Of a stretch of DNA of 64,000 bases, positions 24,259-37,217 are shown piece after piece. How positions within the stretch are numbered: position 1 is the stretch's first letter; each line of letters begins with the position of its first letter. The DNA is from Parasitella parasitica NRRL 2501. Its lineage: Eukaryota > Fungi > Mucoromycota. The notes beneath the pieces are model-generated. The model did not search any database, was not told the DNA's origin, and saw nothing but the letters and a program-made list of their open reading frames with translations. The stretch spans positions 137,970 to 201,969 of the forward strand of contig MU619238.1 of assembly GCA_025201805.1 (NCBI GenBank), read 5' to 3'. The translations under genes and the position numbers were made by a program.

Positions 24259-25638
24259 TTAGTGAAGTTGAGGAGGCGGCTCAATTTCAGGTATTCCTCG
24301 ATAAGCAAACTGAGGTGCCTGGAATGCTTCTAAATCAGATTGTTTAACAGTGGAAATGTCTGTGCCAGTATTCATGTTATTAGGGATATTATTCGTATTC
24401 GGCGGAGCTGCTGCTGCACCAAATGCGGTTGGAGTAGCTGAAACTGGTGTTCCAAAGGTGCCCATTGCTGTTGAAGTGGTATTGTTGCTGCCAAAAGCAG
24501 ACGGTTGGCCAAAAGCGCCTCCACCAAGACTTGAAGTTGAACCAAATGCAGAAGAGGGAGTTGTGGTTGAGCCAAGACCCGAAGTCGAGCCAAAAGCAGG
24601 ATTTGGCATTGATGTGCCAAATGCTGATCCGCTACCCAGAGTGCTTGTAGAGCCAAATGCTGAACTACCACCTAATGCACTTGTCGAGCCGAATGCTGAA
24701 TTTTGTCCAAATCCTGAAGGCTTCGCAGCAGCTGCACCAAATGCAGAAGGTTGCCCAAAAGCAGATGCTCCTCCACCTCCACCTAATGCACTTGTAGACC
24801 CAAATGCTGAACCACTACCCAATGCGCTTGCGGACCCGAATGCTGTACCGCTACCTAGTGTACTTGATGACCCAAATGCTGAACCAGTACCTAATGCGCT
24901 AGTAGAACCAAATGCTGAGGGTTTTGCTGCGCCAAATGCTGAAGGTTGTCCAAATGCACCTTGTCCAAATGCTGATGCGCCTCCTCCGCCAAAAGCACTC
25001 CCTCCACCAAACGCAGGTTTAATAGCAGGGGCAGATCCGAATGCTCCCCCATTATTTGTAAATGGAGCAAAGGCGGCATTATTTGCAGCGCCACCAAATG
25101 GGCCAGAGTGGTTTGATTTCTCTTTTTCGTAATGTTGAATGGCGCCGGATGGGTTACTGGTAATTGCATTGATTTGGCCTTCTACCTGGCTAAAGTGCTG
25201 CTCATACGCAGCAAGCTGATAGAAAAAAAGCATGATTAATGCCAGCTAGGATACTGGTTGTCTGTTTTTACATACATATTGACTATTGTTTCCTGTTGTA
25301 CGCATGCTGGTATAATATAAAAGGCGATCTTCTTCCACGCTTCTGTCAACACCCACAATCAAATTGGGCTCTTCTTTGGCTGGACCATACACACTTAATT
25401 TCCATTGCGGCCGCTCATCAATTAAATTTTGCTTTAATGAAGTTTCACTAAATGGTTTTGTCACAATTTAGTTTTTGCTGCTTATCTACGAATTGTCCGC
25501 TTACTTGTATTTGCTAGTTGCAACAGCTTGTGTATTACCGGTGCTATTGCCCCATCTGTTTTGTGGCGAAATGTGTTCAAAAGTGCAGGAGCTGCCATTG
25601 CGGCAAGAACCTGAAGCAAAAAATTTACAGATTGCCAT
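24259..25638 (-). CDS. NUP42: FG-nucleoporin Nup42/NUPL2/Amo1-like with N-terminal CCCH zinc finger, 3 exons
   Basis: ATG at 25638 (MAICKFFASGSCRNGSSCTFEH). ERPQWKLSVYGP, many SAFG/PAFG repeats, C-terminal FQAPQF..GIPEIEPP typical of the Gle1-binding tail. Confidence 0.88.
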
Positions 25639-26308
25639 TTTCAATGTTCAAAAAAAAAAATAAAAAAAGAAAAGGTCTTTACTGTTTGTAACGATTGCAC
25701 TTGGGACAGTCACCAACTGCTTCCAACCGCTATACTCAGTAGCACTCGATACCGGTATATTGCAGATCAATCAACTGTACCAAGAATCAAAATACAGAGT
25801 CTATAGTTGTACAAGCATACGAATTGGTAAAAGCCATGTATGCTTTGCGTTTGCATATTTGTTTCCAAGAAATTTGAAAAAAAGTATTACATTATGTCAA
25901 TCCTTCATTACAAACTTGATAGAAATTATGATTTTCCAAGACTTCTTTGATTCATACAATAGAGCCCTTTGTCTTTATTTAGAGAGAGGGTACTATTAAT
26001 ACTATGTCTAATGCTGCCAATGCATTTGTAAGCCTTTACAGCGTCATCCAAGTAATCTAAATACTAATATCAAGAAAACATAACCAAAGCCTTTTATTTT
26101 ATTTTAGTCGCCAATTATTGTCATAAATGTGATGGATTACTATTTCAGGAACGAAGCGAAGATCGTTTTTCACTGCACAGCGTTAAATTGAATCTACTCT
26201 CCTTGATCAAATGTAGCACAAATAATAACCAGAGTCTATTTTGATCTTCTCTCTTTCTCTTGTTTCTTCGTTTTTTTTTTCTCTAGTTTATTACTTGTAT
26301 TGTTGAAA

Positions 26309-27502
26309 ATGTCGTCTGTTCCTACTTCAAAGACTACTTCAGAGATTATTGTTGCTCATTCAGCAGTGGATAACACTGTCAAAGATGCTGGTGTTGAGGA
26401 CGCAGGTAGCTCTGGTAAAGTCGCTACTGCTGCAGATGAATCCACAAAATCTGATAGTCCAAAATCTACAACTGAACCCTTTAAAAATACCGAATCTACT
26501 GCAGACCCCAAGCCAGCTACCACAACCACCACTACGGCTGCACCAGCAGTAACAACTGCATCTCCAAAACCAGCAGTAACAACTACAACCGTCGCTCCAA
26601 CTGTAGCTGCAACTACAACTACTGCTGCTGTTGTTGTTGTTCCTTCTTCCACTACCAGTGTTGCTATTGCTTCCACAACTACAATTGCAGCGACTCCTAA
26701 ATCTTCTGCGGCCTTACCTACTTTAGCATCTTCTGGTTCAAAAAGTAGAACTACAGCCACTTCTAGCCTACCTAGTGCTACGTCAAGCAATACAACTAGC
26801 AAAGATTCTTCATCTAATACAGGGTTGATTGCTGGTATTGCTGGTGGTATTGGCGCAATTTTAGTGCTAGGAGCAATTGCAATGTTCTTTATACGTCGTA
26901 GTCGCCGCAGAGCTAGAAGAAGTACTAGAGCTAGCCGTACAATGGACGAACTCTTTTCTCCCAATGGTACTGCACCAGATCATAATCTTTATCGTAACAA
27001 CACAACCGCAACGCGTGGTGTTGCTCAGGATGATTGGAATGATACTCATCCATCAGAGAGAGGATTCCATGTTGCGGATAATTACCAGCAAGTTGCTACA
27101 CCTACAATGGCTTACGTAGCTGGTAATGCTGCTGGTCAGTATTACGAGCCTCAACAGCAATATCAAGAATCTCCGTACTCTCCTCCCATGCAACACCAGG
27201 AAGCTGCTTTCTATGATCCTCAGCAACAACAGCAACAGCAAAATGTGTATTCGCCTCAAGCACAACATCAGGAAGCTGCTTATTATGATCCTCGCCAAGA
27301 TGCCTATCATGACTCTAATTATCAACAAGGCTATCAGCAGCAACAGCAACAACAGCAGCAGCAAGGATATTACCAAGATCAAGATCAAATGTACGACGCT
27401 CAACATCAGCAATACCAATACCAAGACCAAGCTTACGCCAATGATTATCAGCAACCACAGCATGGCGCTGCAGTAATGAATCAACAACATCCTCACCATT
27501 AG
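26309..27502 (+). CDS. Ser/Thr-rich single-pass membrane protein (Mid2/Wsc-like architecture) with Gln/Tyr-rich tail
   Basis: S/T/A-rich ectodomain, TM segment GLIAGIAGGIGAILVLGAIAMFFI followed by basic RRSRRRARR, then a Q/Y-rich cytoplasmic tail. No clear signal peptide after ATG 26309. Confidence 0.8.
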   Translation: MSSVPTSKTTSEIIVAHSAVDNTVKDAGVEDAGSSGKVATAADESTKSDSPKSTTEPFKNTESTADPKPATTTTTTAAPAVTTASPKPAVTTTTVAPTVAATTTTAAVVVVPSSTTSVAIASTTTIAATPKSSAALPTLASSGSKSRTTATSSLPSATSSNTTSKDSSSNTGLIAGIAGGIGAILVLGAIAMFFIRRSRRRARRSTRASRTMDELFSPNGTAPDHNLYRNNTTATRGVAQDDWNDTHPSERGFHVADNYQQVATPTMAYVAGNAAGQYYEPQQQYQESPYSPPMQHQEAAFYDPQQQQQQQNVYSPQAQHQEAAYYDPRQDAYHDSNYQQGYQQQQQQQQQQGYYQDQDQMYDAQHQQYQYQDQAYANDYQQPQHGAAVMNQQHPHH

Positions 27503-27632
27503 ACTGAAGAATAAACAAATAAACATGTATTTTATCCCCTAATCTCTCCTTTTCTTTGATAGAGCATAACTATCTTTACACAACCTTATATATACGCTTT
27601 ATTCAATTCAATAAAATATTAGTTAACTTGAC

Positions 27633-29800
27633 TTAATATCTCTTTTCAAATTGGATTTTCAAATCAAAAGGGCTGATAAGATTGAGACCTTGGGTAACTA
27701 CTTGATCTTTGTGGATGGAGTCTGCTGGCAATTTCCAAGTGAACTTCCTCACTGCGAGAAAGAACAAAGAAATGGGAATGTTAGTTCATGCAGATCGCTA
27801 TGCATAAGTAATGCTAAACTTACACATCATAGATAAAAGTACTCGCTGCTCATTCAAGCTAAAGTTCATACCAATGCATTGCCTATATAAACATAGTTTG
27901 TCATGAGATGTTACGTTATTTATAAAGTTGATCGGGGGGCCTATACCTTGCTCCGTTGCCAAATGGTACCCAGGTCATGCCATCGCCAGCTAATTGACTA
28001 CTTTCACCTTTGGGAGCAAATCTCTCGGGGTTGAATTGATCAGCGTCTTTCCACACTTTCTTGCTGTGGTGAATATTGTATAAATCAACTGTAACAAGAG
28101 AGCCCTTTGGAATAAACGAGCCGGCAAGGTCAGTATCTTGTTGCGAAACACGAGGAACTATTTGCGCGGCAGGTCCATTCATTCTAAGGGTCTAAATTTT
28201 CCAACACTTAGTCTGTTGAAGTGTTTGTACGTTATGTCAGTTAATTACCTCTTTGATGACCTGATTAATATAATTCAACTGCTTTAATTGATCAGAGGAT
28301 GGTAAGATATCTTCAGGAGCATCGCCAAGAATGGAGAGAACTTCCTCCCTCGCACGCTGTTGAAATTCCTGAGTTTTTCCTTGGGCTGTTAGGCTATTTC
28401 TTGTTTATTGTTGTACATATACTTACAGAGTGTCTGGCCAAATAATACAAGGCAAATGACAGGGCATTGCTTGTGGTCTAAGAAGTTTGATTAGCGGCAT
28501 ATAAATGTCAAATAAACACCATTAATGACTTACATCGTGTCCAGCGAGAAAAAAGATGTGCAAATTGCTCTAAAAATCCAACTTAGCACATAACACACAA
28601 CATACATCAAGTCGAGCAATAATACTTACTCTCAATTCTTCGTTTGTAAGTGCCCCTTCTCCTCTTTGCTCGCTCTCGATGAACAGGGTCAGTACATCTT
28701 TTTCGTTTTCTGGTAAATTATTGTTCTGCAAACCAGCTTCGATATCATGTCTTTTCTTTTTGATCACTTCTGAAAGCATATCTACAAATCGCTTCATTTC
28801 TTGATGCACTGCTTGTCTCTTGGGCGACAACCAAAGCAGGGCTTGATCAAGGATAGGAAAGAAAAAATAGAATGGCTCTTGCAAACCGGCATTGATGATA
28901 TTGTAGGTTTTGACCCAGGCACTGTCATTGTCTTTGACAGCATGGAAATCAAATCCTGTACACGTCAAATAAATAAACAAGTACAAAGATGCTGAATAGC
29001 CATAAACTTACCAAAACCAGCTTTTCCAATTGCGTCAAGCGTCCATCGTTGCATTAAATCTGATATATCAATTGTTTCGTCCAAAGCCTCCATTTTTGTA
29101 AACAAGTCTTGAGTCATTCGACCAAACAACTGAATAGGCTGCGCCCTGTGGAAAGCAGGGTTCGCTATCATTCTTTGCGCTTTCCAGTGGCTTCCGTTCA
29201 AAAAGACAAGATTGGGACCATTAGTAAACTTGGCAGCCAATGTTGCTTCTTTCCCTTGGAGCACATCAGCCTTGGGAAAAAGATCTATAACAATTAGAGC
29301 AAATAAACATCACGTTTGTTTATGCTACTCAGCTAATTGTTACCCTGTTTTAAAAACACCTTCTTGGCAGCCTCAGGATTTGCAACATGAATTTCCCATC
29401 CCAATCTACCTAGTCTCTATTACCGTGCAAGATAAGTTACAAGTTAATATACACATTTTATACTCTGCTTTCAATGCATATGCTTATAGATACATACCAC
29501 ATATAGACCGTTATTAGATTGTGAATTAATGATGGGAAGAAGTATTCTGTTGGCACGATCCGGATAGGATTCTTTGGTGATTGAGCTCCTGATTACATCC
29601 AAGTATCCTTGATAAGGTATATGGCGAATGTTCTTTGGAGGTTTAAAGTATCTGTCTTGTATAACGTAGATCAGAGAAAGGGCAACCGCCGTACTAATGG
29701 CAACAGCTTTGTGCTTTTTTGTAAGATGAGGGACGATTTGTTGATACATTTCAACAGTGCTTTGCAAAGGTACTTGTAGGAATCCAGTGAGGAATGGCAT
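27633..29800 (-). CDS. Cytochrome P450 (CYP509-like Mucorales type, family tentative), multi-exon
   Basis: N-terminal TM anchor, WKAQR, I-helix FFLAGHD|TT split by an intron, IKE|TLR, FNPERF, heme motif PFGNGAR|QCIG, ends ...QFEKRY* at 27633. Confidence 0.92.
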
Positions 29801-31699
29801 TTTTTTTTAGAATGATGTGTTGAAGAAAAGACGCTCGAAATCAAAACTGGGTTTGCAGCGCCCTATATTTATACCGTTGTTATCAAAGGTTGACATATTT
29901 CAAACATGACGAAAATAACCATATAGAGAGTACCAAAACGCCCTATGAGTTTTTCCGTCTCTCCTCCTATAATATAATATTTACAAAAGGTTGAATCGTT
30001 TTTCCTTTGCGCTGTACCATTAATATGAAGGGTTCTGCAAAACATCAGCTTGAAAAGGAGTCGACTTGGTTGATTATGCAGCATCAAGGAATAAGGATTA
30101 GCCTAAACATCTGATTTGCACAAGGATAGCTACTCAACAAGGAACAGTGGTTCCTTTGCAGATGAGGTATAATCGATCAAGTAGATTTGGCTCTTTTTTT
30201 TTCTTTTTCACAAGATCAACAGCCGTTATCAAAGTTCCCCTGTTCATCAAACATACAAATACATAAGACCACTTTAATTCTAGAGTGCTTCACCTATTCA
30301 CTTGGGTCACATCTCAATGGGTAGCTGAAATATTACGCCATTCATTGACAATTGTGATATTACACTGATCCGAATCTGATACAATCACATTATATATCCA
30401 ACACAAGATGCTTTGCGGCATTTTTTTACCAAAGGAATGTAAGTGTAGTGAGGAACCACAGAAAATATTATAGGCAGCGATAACCAAAAACATATGTTAG
30501 CGCTATTGCCCGAAAAAGCCAATTTTCATCAGTTTTGTAGCACTATATTAGAAGTTGTATGCAGACGCTTCACCTTCCTTCAACAACAATAATGTGAGAA
30601 TTGCGAAATTTCTCATCAAATATGTACAGTAACGAGGACGAATATCATATGCAAATGAAAAAATTCACAAAACAACAATTTTATTATCATGGTATCTGCT
30701 CCATTTTGTTAGCTCTTTTGATTTTCAGAGATGCAAGACTATTTTGAAAGCTAAAAGAGGGTCCGTACAATGGTTTAAAGCATGACAATAGTGTGCTAAA
30801 CTAGCAAATTTCCTGCTTGGGCAGGTACATGATCAGTCATCACTTACAATCATTATTACAATGCTTGAATAAATAATTACTTGTACCGCATCTGAAAGAA
30901 AACTTACTACCCTTGTCTTTTATATCACAAAGAGTACTTTAGAGGCGTTTAAGCTTATTTCTTTGCATAGCTTCAGGGTTTCCTGTCAATTTTTAGCCTT
31001 ATGATTTAAAACATAGTTGATTAACTGTCTAGTCTTATTTTTCTCAGTAATTGAAAAATCTGTCTCGTGGAGGCCCTTAACCTTGAAGAGCGCTTTTACT
31101 TTATTTCGTTTGCTTTCTTGAATATCTCCTTTGGTGCCGTCAATAATCCCTGCAATTTCAGGATTGTACTATAGACAGTAGCAGAGTGGTCTATATTCTT
31201 ATTCTGAACATTTTTGGCTCGAAAAGCCTCTTTTCAATGCAAAGCAAGCGCTCCTTCAAAATACTCAAGTTTGTAGAGTATTTAATATCAAGACTGCAGA
31301 CTGCATAGTGTCAAATCATGCGATGTTAAAAGCGACAATGCCACCATCATCCTCCTTAGGGCGCGGCATAAAAGCCGATCGAATGCTTTATAAAATATTA
31401 CAATCAGAAGCAACCCTGTATAATATTATACGCCATTTTCAGTCATGTTGCTTCAAAAAGAGTTAAAACGCACCTTAAGCACATTGAAACTGAGAAAAGC
31501 ATATGAAAATTGTTTTACTTCTCATGATTTGGTGATTCTACAATAAGCTTTTTCAAACCTGTTTAGAGCAAGAAGATGATGACTTTTATGCTTAATCTGA
31601 CAAGTAAACTTCATATGTGCTTAAATTTGTCAATATAAATAGCAGGCAATTTGTCAATGCAAAGCTTCTTAATATCTTCAACTCACAATTCTTTTAAGT

Positions 31700-32791
31700 A
31701 TGATAACAGAAGCAGTATTACCGCAAGAACTAATGGACAATATTATCAACAATGTTGATACCGCAGCACAACTGGCACGATGTAGTCTCGTATGTAAAAA
31801 TTGGAGCTACCTTTCAATGAACATAATGCATACGAAGACGATTTCAGTCAAATCGGAACTGGGCGCTCTAAAACTTTATGGACATCTATCTCGATACCCT
31901 GAAAAAATTCAAGCAATGACACATGTGGATTTTCATCTTGATTCGGAAGACTTGTCCATCGTTGTCAACGAATTATTGAAACTAATCATAAAGCCCAACA
32001 TCCGCAAGTTAACTGGTTTTGTTAAATCGGACAGATTCTTTACTACGCTGTTCAAACTTATCGATAACGCATCATCAGATTTAGAAAGCCTGACAAGTTT
32101 ACCTACATATACCGGCGATAACGATGCATTAGCGATTGAGCAAGCTCTGAGGTTCAAAAGCATGTACAATGGCTTTACTCTTGTTGTTAATGGGAATGGC
32201 CGTTCTGATATATTCCAATGTTTTCTCCACCATCTTGACAGATTTGAAAACCTGACCTATCTAAAGCTCACGGGCTTTGCTCTTGGATTTCAAGGCACAG
32301 AATCTGTACTGAAGCGCTCTTCACGCTTGAAAACACTGGAAATTCAAGATTTTGAATATGGCGGCTACGACATGCGATATATGACGACGAATGAAGTTAA
32401 CCGTTGGGCCACTGCCAATGTCAAAAGAGGAATTTCGCTACAAACCCTCATAATAGAATCAGATTGCCGTCCTGAATTTATCGATTACTTGATGTTCAAA
32501 TATCCGGGAATAACAAATGTAAAAATCACTGGTCAACTATTATACTTTGCATCAGATCGTGCCACCTCTATAATTTATGACTTGAATCGAATTTTTAAGG
32601 CTGTAGAGCACGTACCGTCCAAACAACTAGCTTTAATTATTCCTGGATATTATGAAACATGGGATATTGCTCTAAACCTCAGAAATCACCCGGAAAACGT
32701 AATCTGTCGTATTAGAGACTATCAAGGTCGAAGAAGCTTGATCCTGGAATATACTGAAGACAAGTCATCCGGCTCCAGTCATGTAAATTGA
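31700..32791 (+). CDS. F-box protein, intronless (paralogue A)
   Basis: N-terminal LPQELMDNII...LARCSLVCKNW F-box and LRR-like body. Clear paralogue of 37218-38300. Confidence 0.85.
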   Translation: MITEAVLPQELMDNIINNVDTAAQLARCSLVCKNWSYLSMNIMHTKTISVKSELGALKLYGHLSRYPEKIQAMTHVDFHLDSEDLSIVVNELLKLIIKPNIRKLTGFVKSDRFFTTLFKLIDNASSDLESLTSLPTYTGDNDALAIEQALRFKSMYNGFTLVVNGNGRSDIFQCFLHHLDRFENLTYLKLTGFALGFQGTESVLKRSSRLKTLEIQDFEYGGYDMRYMTTNEVNRWATANVKRGISLQTLIIESDCRPEFIDYLMFKYPGITNVKITGQLLYFASDRATSIIYDLNRIFKAVEHVPSKQLALIIPGYYETWDIALNLRNHPENVICRIRDYQGRRSLILEYTEDKSSGSSHVN

Positions 32792-34008
32792 TGCATTTAT
32801 TTATTTTTCTACATGATCTGAACACTTGACCTAAATATGTAAAACAATCACCCTCATTTCTTAATTACATTATATGCGAATCTACTATTCTATTCAATTC
32901 TATTCTATTCTATGAAAACACTTCTTATGTTAAATATTATGTAAAATAAAAAACTCTCTATGCAATTTTAAAGTTACTACTTTAATGGTCATTTTCTTAA
33001 GCGCTATCTGCCTAACATATTCACTATTGATGGTTATACTATTTGAATTATTTTATGTATTTAGGATTTATTCATTAAAACCCCTTTGGCGCGCGGATTT
33101 TGCTCCCGCAAACAATGAACTTCCCAAGTATAGAATAAAGTTAAATTAATTCCAGTTTCCCTGATGATATCAAATACTGCAGTTTTCAGGTAAAATGATG
33201 AAGGCTGTGTGAATGATGTGTTTTGGTATGGCGTCAACCTTGTAGATCATTTTTAATATGGGAGATGCATGAGCAACTTGCCGCATTACTTTGTCGTCCA
33301 CATGACAATTATGTTAACATAATTGAATGATCTTATCATAACTTCTGACAGAATATTCTCGTATTTACTGGATACAGTTAAAAATCCATATAAAATATTT
33401 AATCAAACGGACAAAACCTATGCTTCGCGCAGCTGCGGCGAATCGTCATGCTACTGATGATACATAGTAGACATCTCCAACAGAGATGCTAAACAAAAAG
33501 CCATTTAAAGCACCCTTTTTACAACCCGGAAATGTTTTGTCTGCTTTTTTGGCAATTGCTCTGCTTGCTTACTGTTGCTTTGCTTTTATGTCTCTGAAGC
33601 TCTTTGAATTACTCCCTTGGCTCTTGCATCCATTGTATTCTCTTTTACTATTTTACTCTTCTCTTTTCTTCTTTATGAAAAGTCGTTCTACTTTCAAACA
33701 GGAGCTGGTGCTCACTACTTTTATTTAACCACATTTATATATTTCATACTATAAACCTCACAGTTCTAACATTAATATGAGCATTCAGGACAGAAATACT
33801 GGCCATTTTAGAAAATGTTAATAAAGTTTGCATAGATAGTTAAACTTTATACACTATACCCTTTTTTTTTCGATTATCCACTGTGTTGATCGTAATGCAC
33901 TTTGAGATTTTGTATTGAGCCTAATTTTTCAAATTCAACATAATACATCACTGAATGTTGTAAGTTCATCCCTTCTTTTTCTTTCCTGAATTTACTCCTC
34001 ACACATAT

Positions 34009-35306
34009 ATGAAGCGTAAACATAAAGACGATCCACCAGATAGGAAAGGAAAGAGAGCTATAAGAAGTAAATATCTAACACATACATTGTGAACAGAATA
34101 TATGTCTTACTATGTTTTAGGTGCAGATTTGAATCACCAAAAAGAGGAGGCTGATTTGACAACACCAGGCATTCCCACCACCAACGATGCTTCGAGCTCA
34201 ACAGAAAAGACTGCTAGCTCATTTAATGATATAGGCTCTTCTTCCAGCAAAACTCTTACTTTATCTAAGAAAGTCCAACAGAAAGAAGACAAAAAAGTTG
34301 CTTTAGAGGAGCTCAAGAAACAAAACAAATCCAAAAAACCAATGCTGTGTCCTTACTCCAAGGAGCCCTTCCTTGATGTAGTGAAGAAGGAAAGGGGATC
34401 ATACATTACCAAGAACGAAGCAAAGGTAGTCAGTTTGATCAATTTGTTGCAAGAGTTTGAGAATATGTCTATCAGTGAAGCGAGTAGAGAGGTAGGGCTA
34501 TCCAAATCAACAACTATCCGTAAAGTCAAGCAGTGGAATCAAATGACAAGTGAATTAGCTGAAAAAGGGTTCCCTGATTCTATCGCAATCAAAGAAGGAA
34601 AGGGACGACCCACAATACTCAAAGACGAACATACTGTATTTATCTTTGAGCTGCTGGCTAATGAGCCAACGTTGACAGTTGAAGCTGTTACAGACCACCT
34701 GTCAAAAGAATTTAGAGATATACAGATCACCGTTAGATCAGTGGAAAATCATATGAAGAAGAAGTGTCGCCTAACCTACAAGCGTATCATTCCTAGATAT
34801 TATGGCAGGAACACGAATGAGACTGTGGCCAAAAGACGAGATGCGGTAGCATACTGGGTTAGCCAGAACATAGATTTTATGAATGAATGCGTTTTCATAG
34901 ATGAAGTTGGATTTAATAGGAGTATGCATCGCTCATATGGATGGTCTGAGGCTGGAACACCTTGCAAAAATTGATGTTCAAACGAAGGGAGCAAATGTCA
35001 GCATCTTGGGTGCTATTTGTAAAAGTGGTTTAATCACATTATCCAGAAAATAAGTTATACTTGGTGCTAGGAGTGGAAAGCGAACTCGAACTGGTGAGAA
35101 ATCCTTTTTTGAATCCAATCGAAGAGTTTTGGTCCAAGCTGAAGACTGTTGTAAATAATGATCCCTCTTCTGTCAAGCAGAATGAAAAAATCTCTGATCG
35201 TATTCGCAACGCATCATTTTACATCTGCAGAGAAGATTGCGAGAATTGGATAAAGCATTCTTTGACGTTCTGGCAGAGATGTTTGAATTGTGAAAAAGGA
35301 TTATAA
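34009..35306 (+). mobile_element. Tc1/mariner-IS630-type DDE transposase pseudogene
   Basis: Predicted exon 1 from ATG 34009 with phase-1 intron 34067-34120. HTH region (SISEASREVGLSKST, GRPTIL), VFIDEVGF, GWS, NVSILGAI, FLNPIEEFWSKLK. +1 frameshift in the A-run 34966-34970, TAA at 35051, apparent internal deletion near 35100. Confidence 0.9.
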
Positions 35307-37217
35307 GAAACAAAATAAAAGCATACATTACACTTCTTTATTGGTGACCCATTTTCGTCTTAGTGACCCATTTTCATTTCATACCTCTTTTACTTTTTCT
35401 TCAATTCCCTCTTTTACTTTTTCCTCTTCTTAAACAACCATTTTCATTTCAAACTGGCCAATTATTCTTTTTTCTTTAAATTATACAACAGGTATGTCGT
35501 TAATTAAACCCACGTCCTTTCTCATCTTCTGTTTTCAATCTTTTTACTTGCTTATTATTGTTTGGAGTCTCTTCTCTCCTTCTTTGTATGGGCAAATAAA
35601 AATACAAGATTAAAACCAGGTATAGCACGCTCTGTTATGATCCATACGAGGAATGCCAACCGACCCACGATGCCGTTGGGTAAGGAGCTTCCAGCGAGAC
35701 ACGCGGAGTTGTGGTCTTTTTGTGTTTAATGGGGAGTCTCTTCTGTCCATTTTTCAGATTAAGACCTGTGCTTAAGATGAGGATTTATTACAAACTGCTT
35801 ACTAACTTGAAAAATTATATTTTTGATTCCCTCTTTTGAGGGAGAAGAGATAGGAATATATTCAACGATTGTAGTACACGGTCTTTACAGCTCTCCAATA
35901 TATATTTCGCTTATTTAACAGATTCTAATAAATAGTTGTTTTATTTACTATTTGCGTTAATATTTAAACTATGTCCATCTTTAAGAATCTGTTTAATGAC
36001 TTCATGTTTATTTCACTATTCTGCGTTATATTTAAATTATGGGTTCATCTTGAAGAGTATATTCATTGGTTTCGTGATGGTTTTTTGAAGCCATACAAGA
36101 TTCTGAATACAGACACACGTGGACAATAAACTCAGTTTAATTTTAACGGTGTGCTTATTACCAAGTGGAGAAAAAGATAATGCTGTAGAGGTAGCAGAGC
36201 AAGATGGTACTATGGAAAGGTGTATTCTAGAAGTACCCGTCACTGGATGTAATCAATAACTTTCTTTTTTTATTTTCAAGTAGAATCTTTGTGCTTCTTC
36301 CCTTTACATGTTTAAAGACCACCAAACCTTATCCAAAGACATCAAACTTTAATCCAAGCTTTTGTATGTATTTAATATCAAAATGACTGTTTTCTGACAT
36401 AACTTCCTTGAGGGTGTCTCCAAAGATCTCCACATATTATTTCATGAAATGCTCTTAATAGTTTCAAATAACTATCCATCCTGAGACGGTCTTAGAATTA
36501 ACATTATTGGCCTTTTCAATCCCCTTTCACACGAGGAACCTGCTTTGGAGAATGAGGTGTTAGGGCTGGTGATAAGGGATTCATTTCTCTAAGTTCGCCG
36601 TCTGTATGCTTTCTTTTTTTTTGTGATCACGTACAAAGTTTTAACGTTGCTGAGACTTTTTTGGTATTACCGGTATTACAGTGTCAAGAAACCGCTTGTA
36701 ATATTATTTGGAATCGCGATATAATGGCTGCAAAAAACATCCTCAACATATTTTTACATGCAGCAAGAAACAATGACGCTCGTCTTTCACCATTCCAGCG
36801 TTCTAAATCAAAAGAATAATTGCAAGCATTGTGTGTCATTGATATTACTCTTTAATACGCCATAGGTATTCGGTTTATCCTATACGCCATTACAGGTGAG
36901 TAAAATTGTCCAAAAAAAAAGAAAGTATCATCCTCTCACCAATTTTCTTTTGGTGATTTTGTAAAATTAGCACCTAGCACCTCCGTAAAGATTATCTAGT
37001 CCCGAGATTGTATGTAGATCATATGCTTTGGCTTCTTGACAATGAGTAAAAAAATTCAAATATCTTTTAGACTTGTAAAAATATTGAAAAGAGGGACATT
37101 GCAAACAATTAACCTATCAGATGTGCTGCATATATAAGGGTCAGTCAATGACAACTCAAACATCTTTGGTTTTTTTTTTTCGCATTCTTTTTATTTTCAT
37201 TCATCATCCTTTTATAT

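Noticed and set aside
24350-25132. 260-aa + strand ORF (PNAE repeats)
   Set aside because: Antisense shadow of the SAFG repeats of NUP42.
26356-27526. Long minus-strand Val/Leu-rich ORFs
   Set aside because: Antisense of Thr-rich and polyQ codons in the membrane protein.
31020-31400. Minus-strand coding-like relic containing GIIDGT (Harbinger-like)
   Set aside because: Single short motif, multiple stops, no supporting context.
35620-35720. GC-richer stretch with a small stem (ACCCACG...CGTTGGGT), possible ncRNA or ribozyme
   Set aside because: No hammerhead, HDV, tRNA or snoRNA box motifs recognisable.
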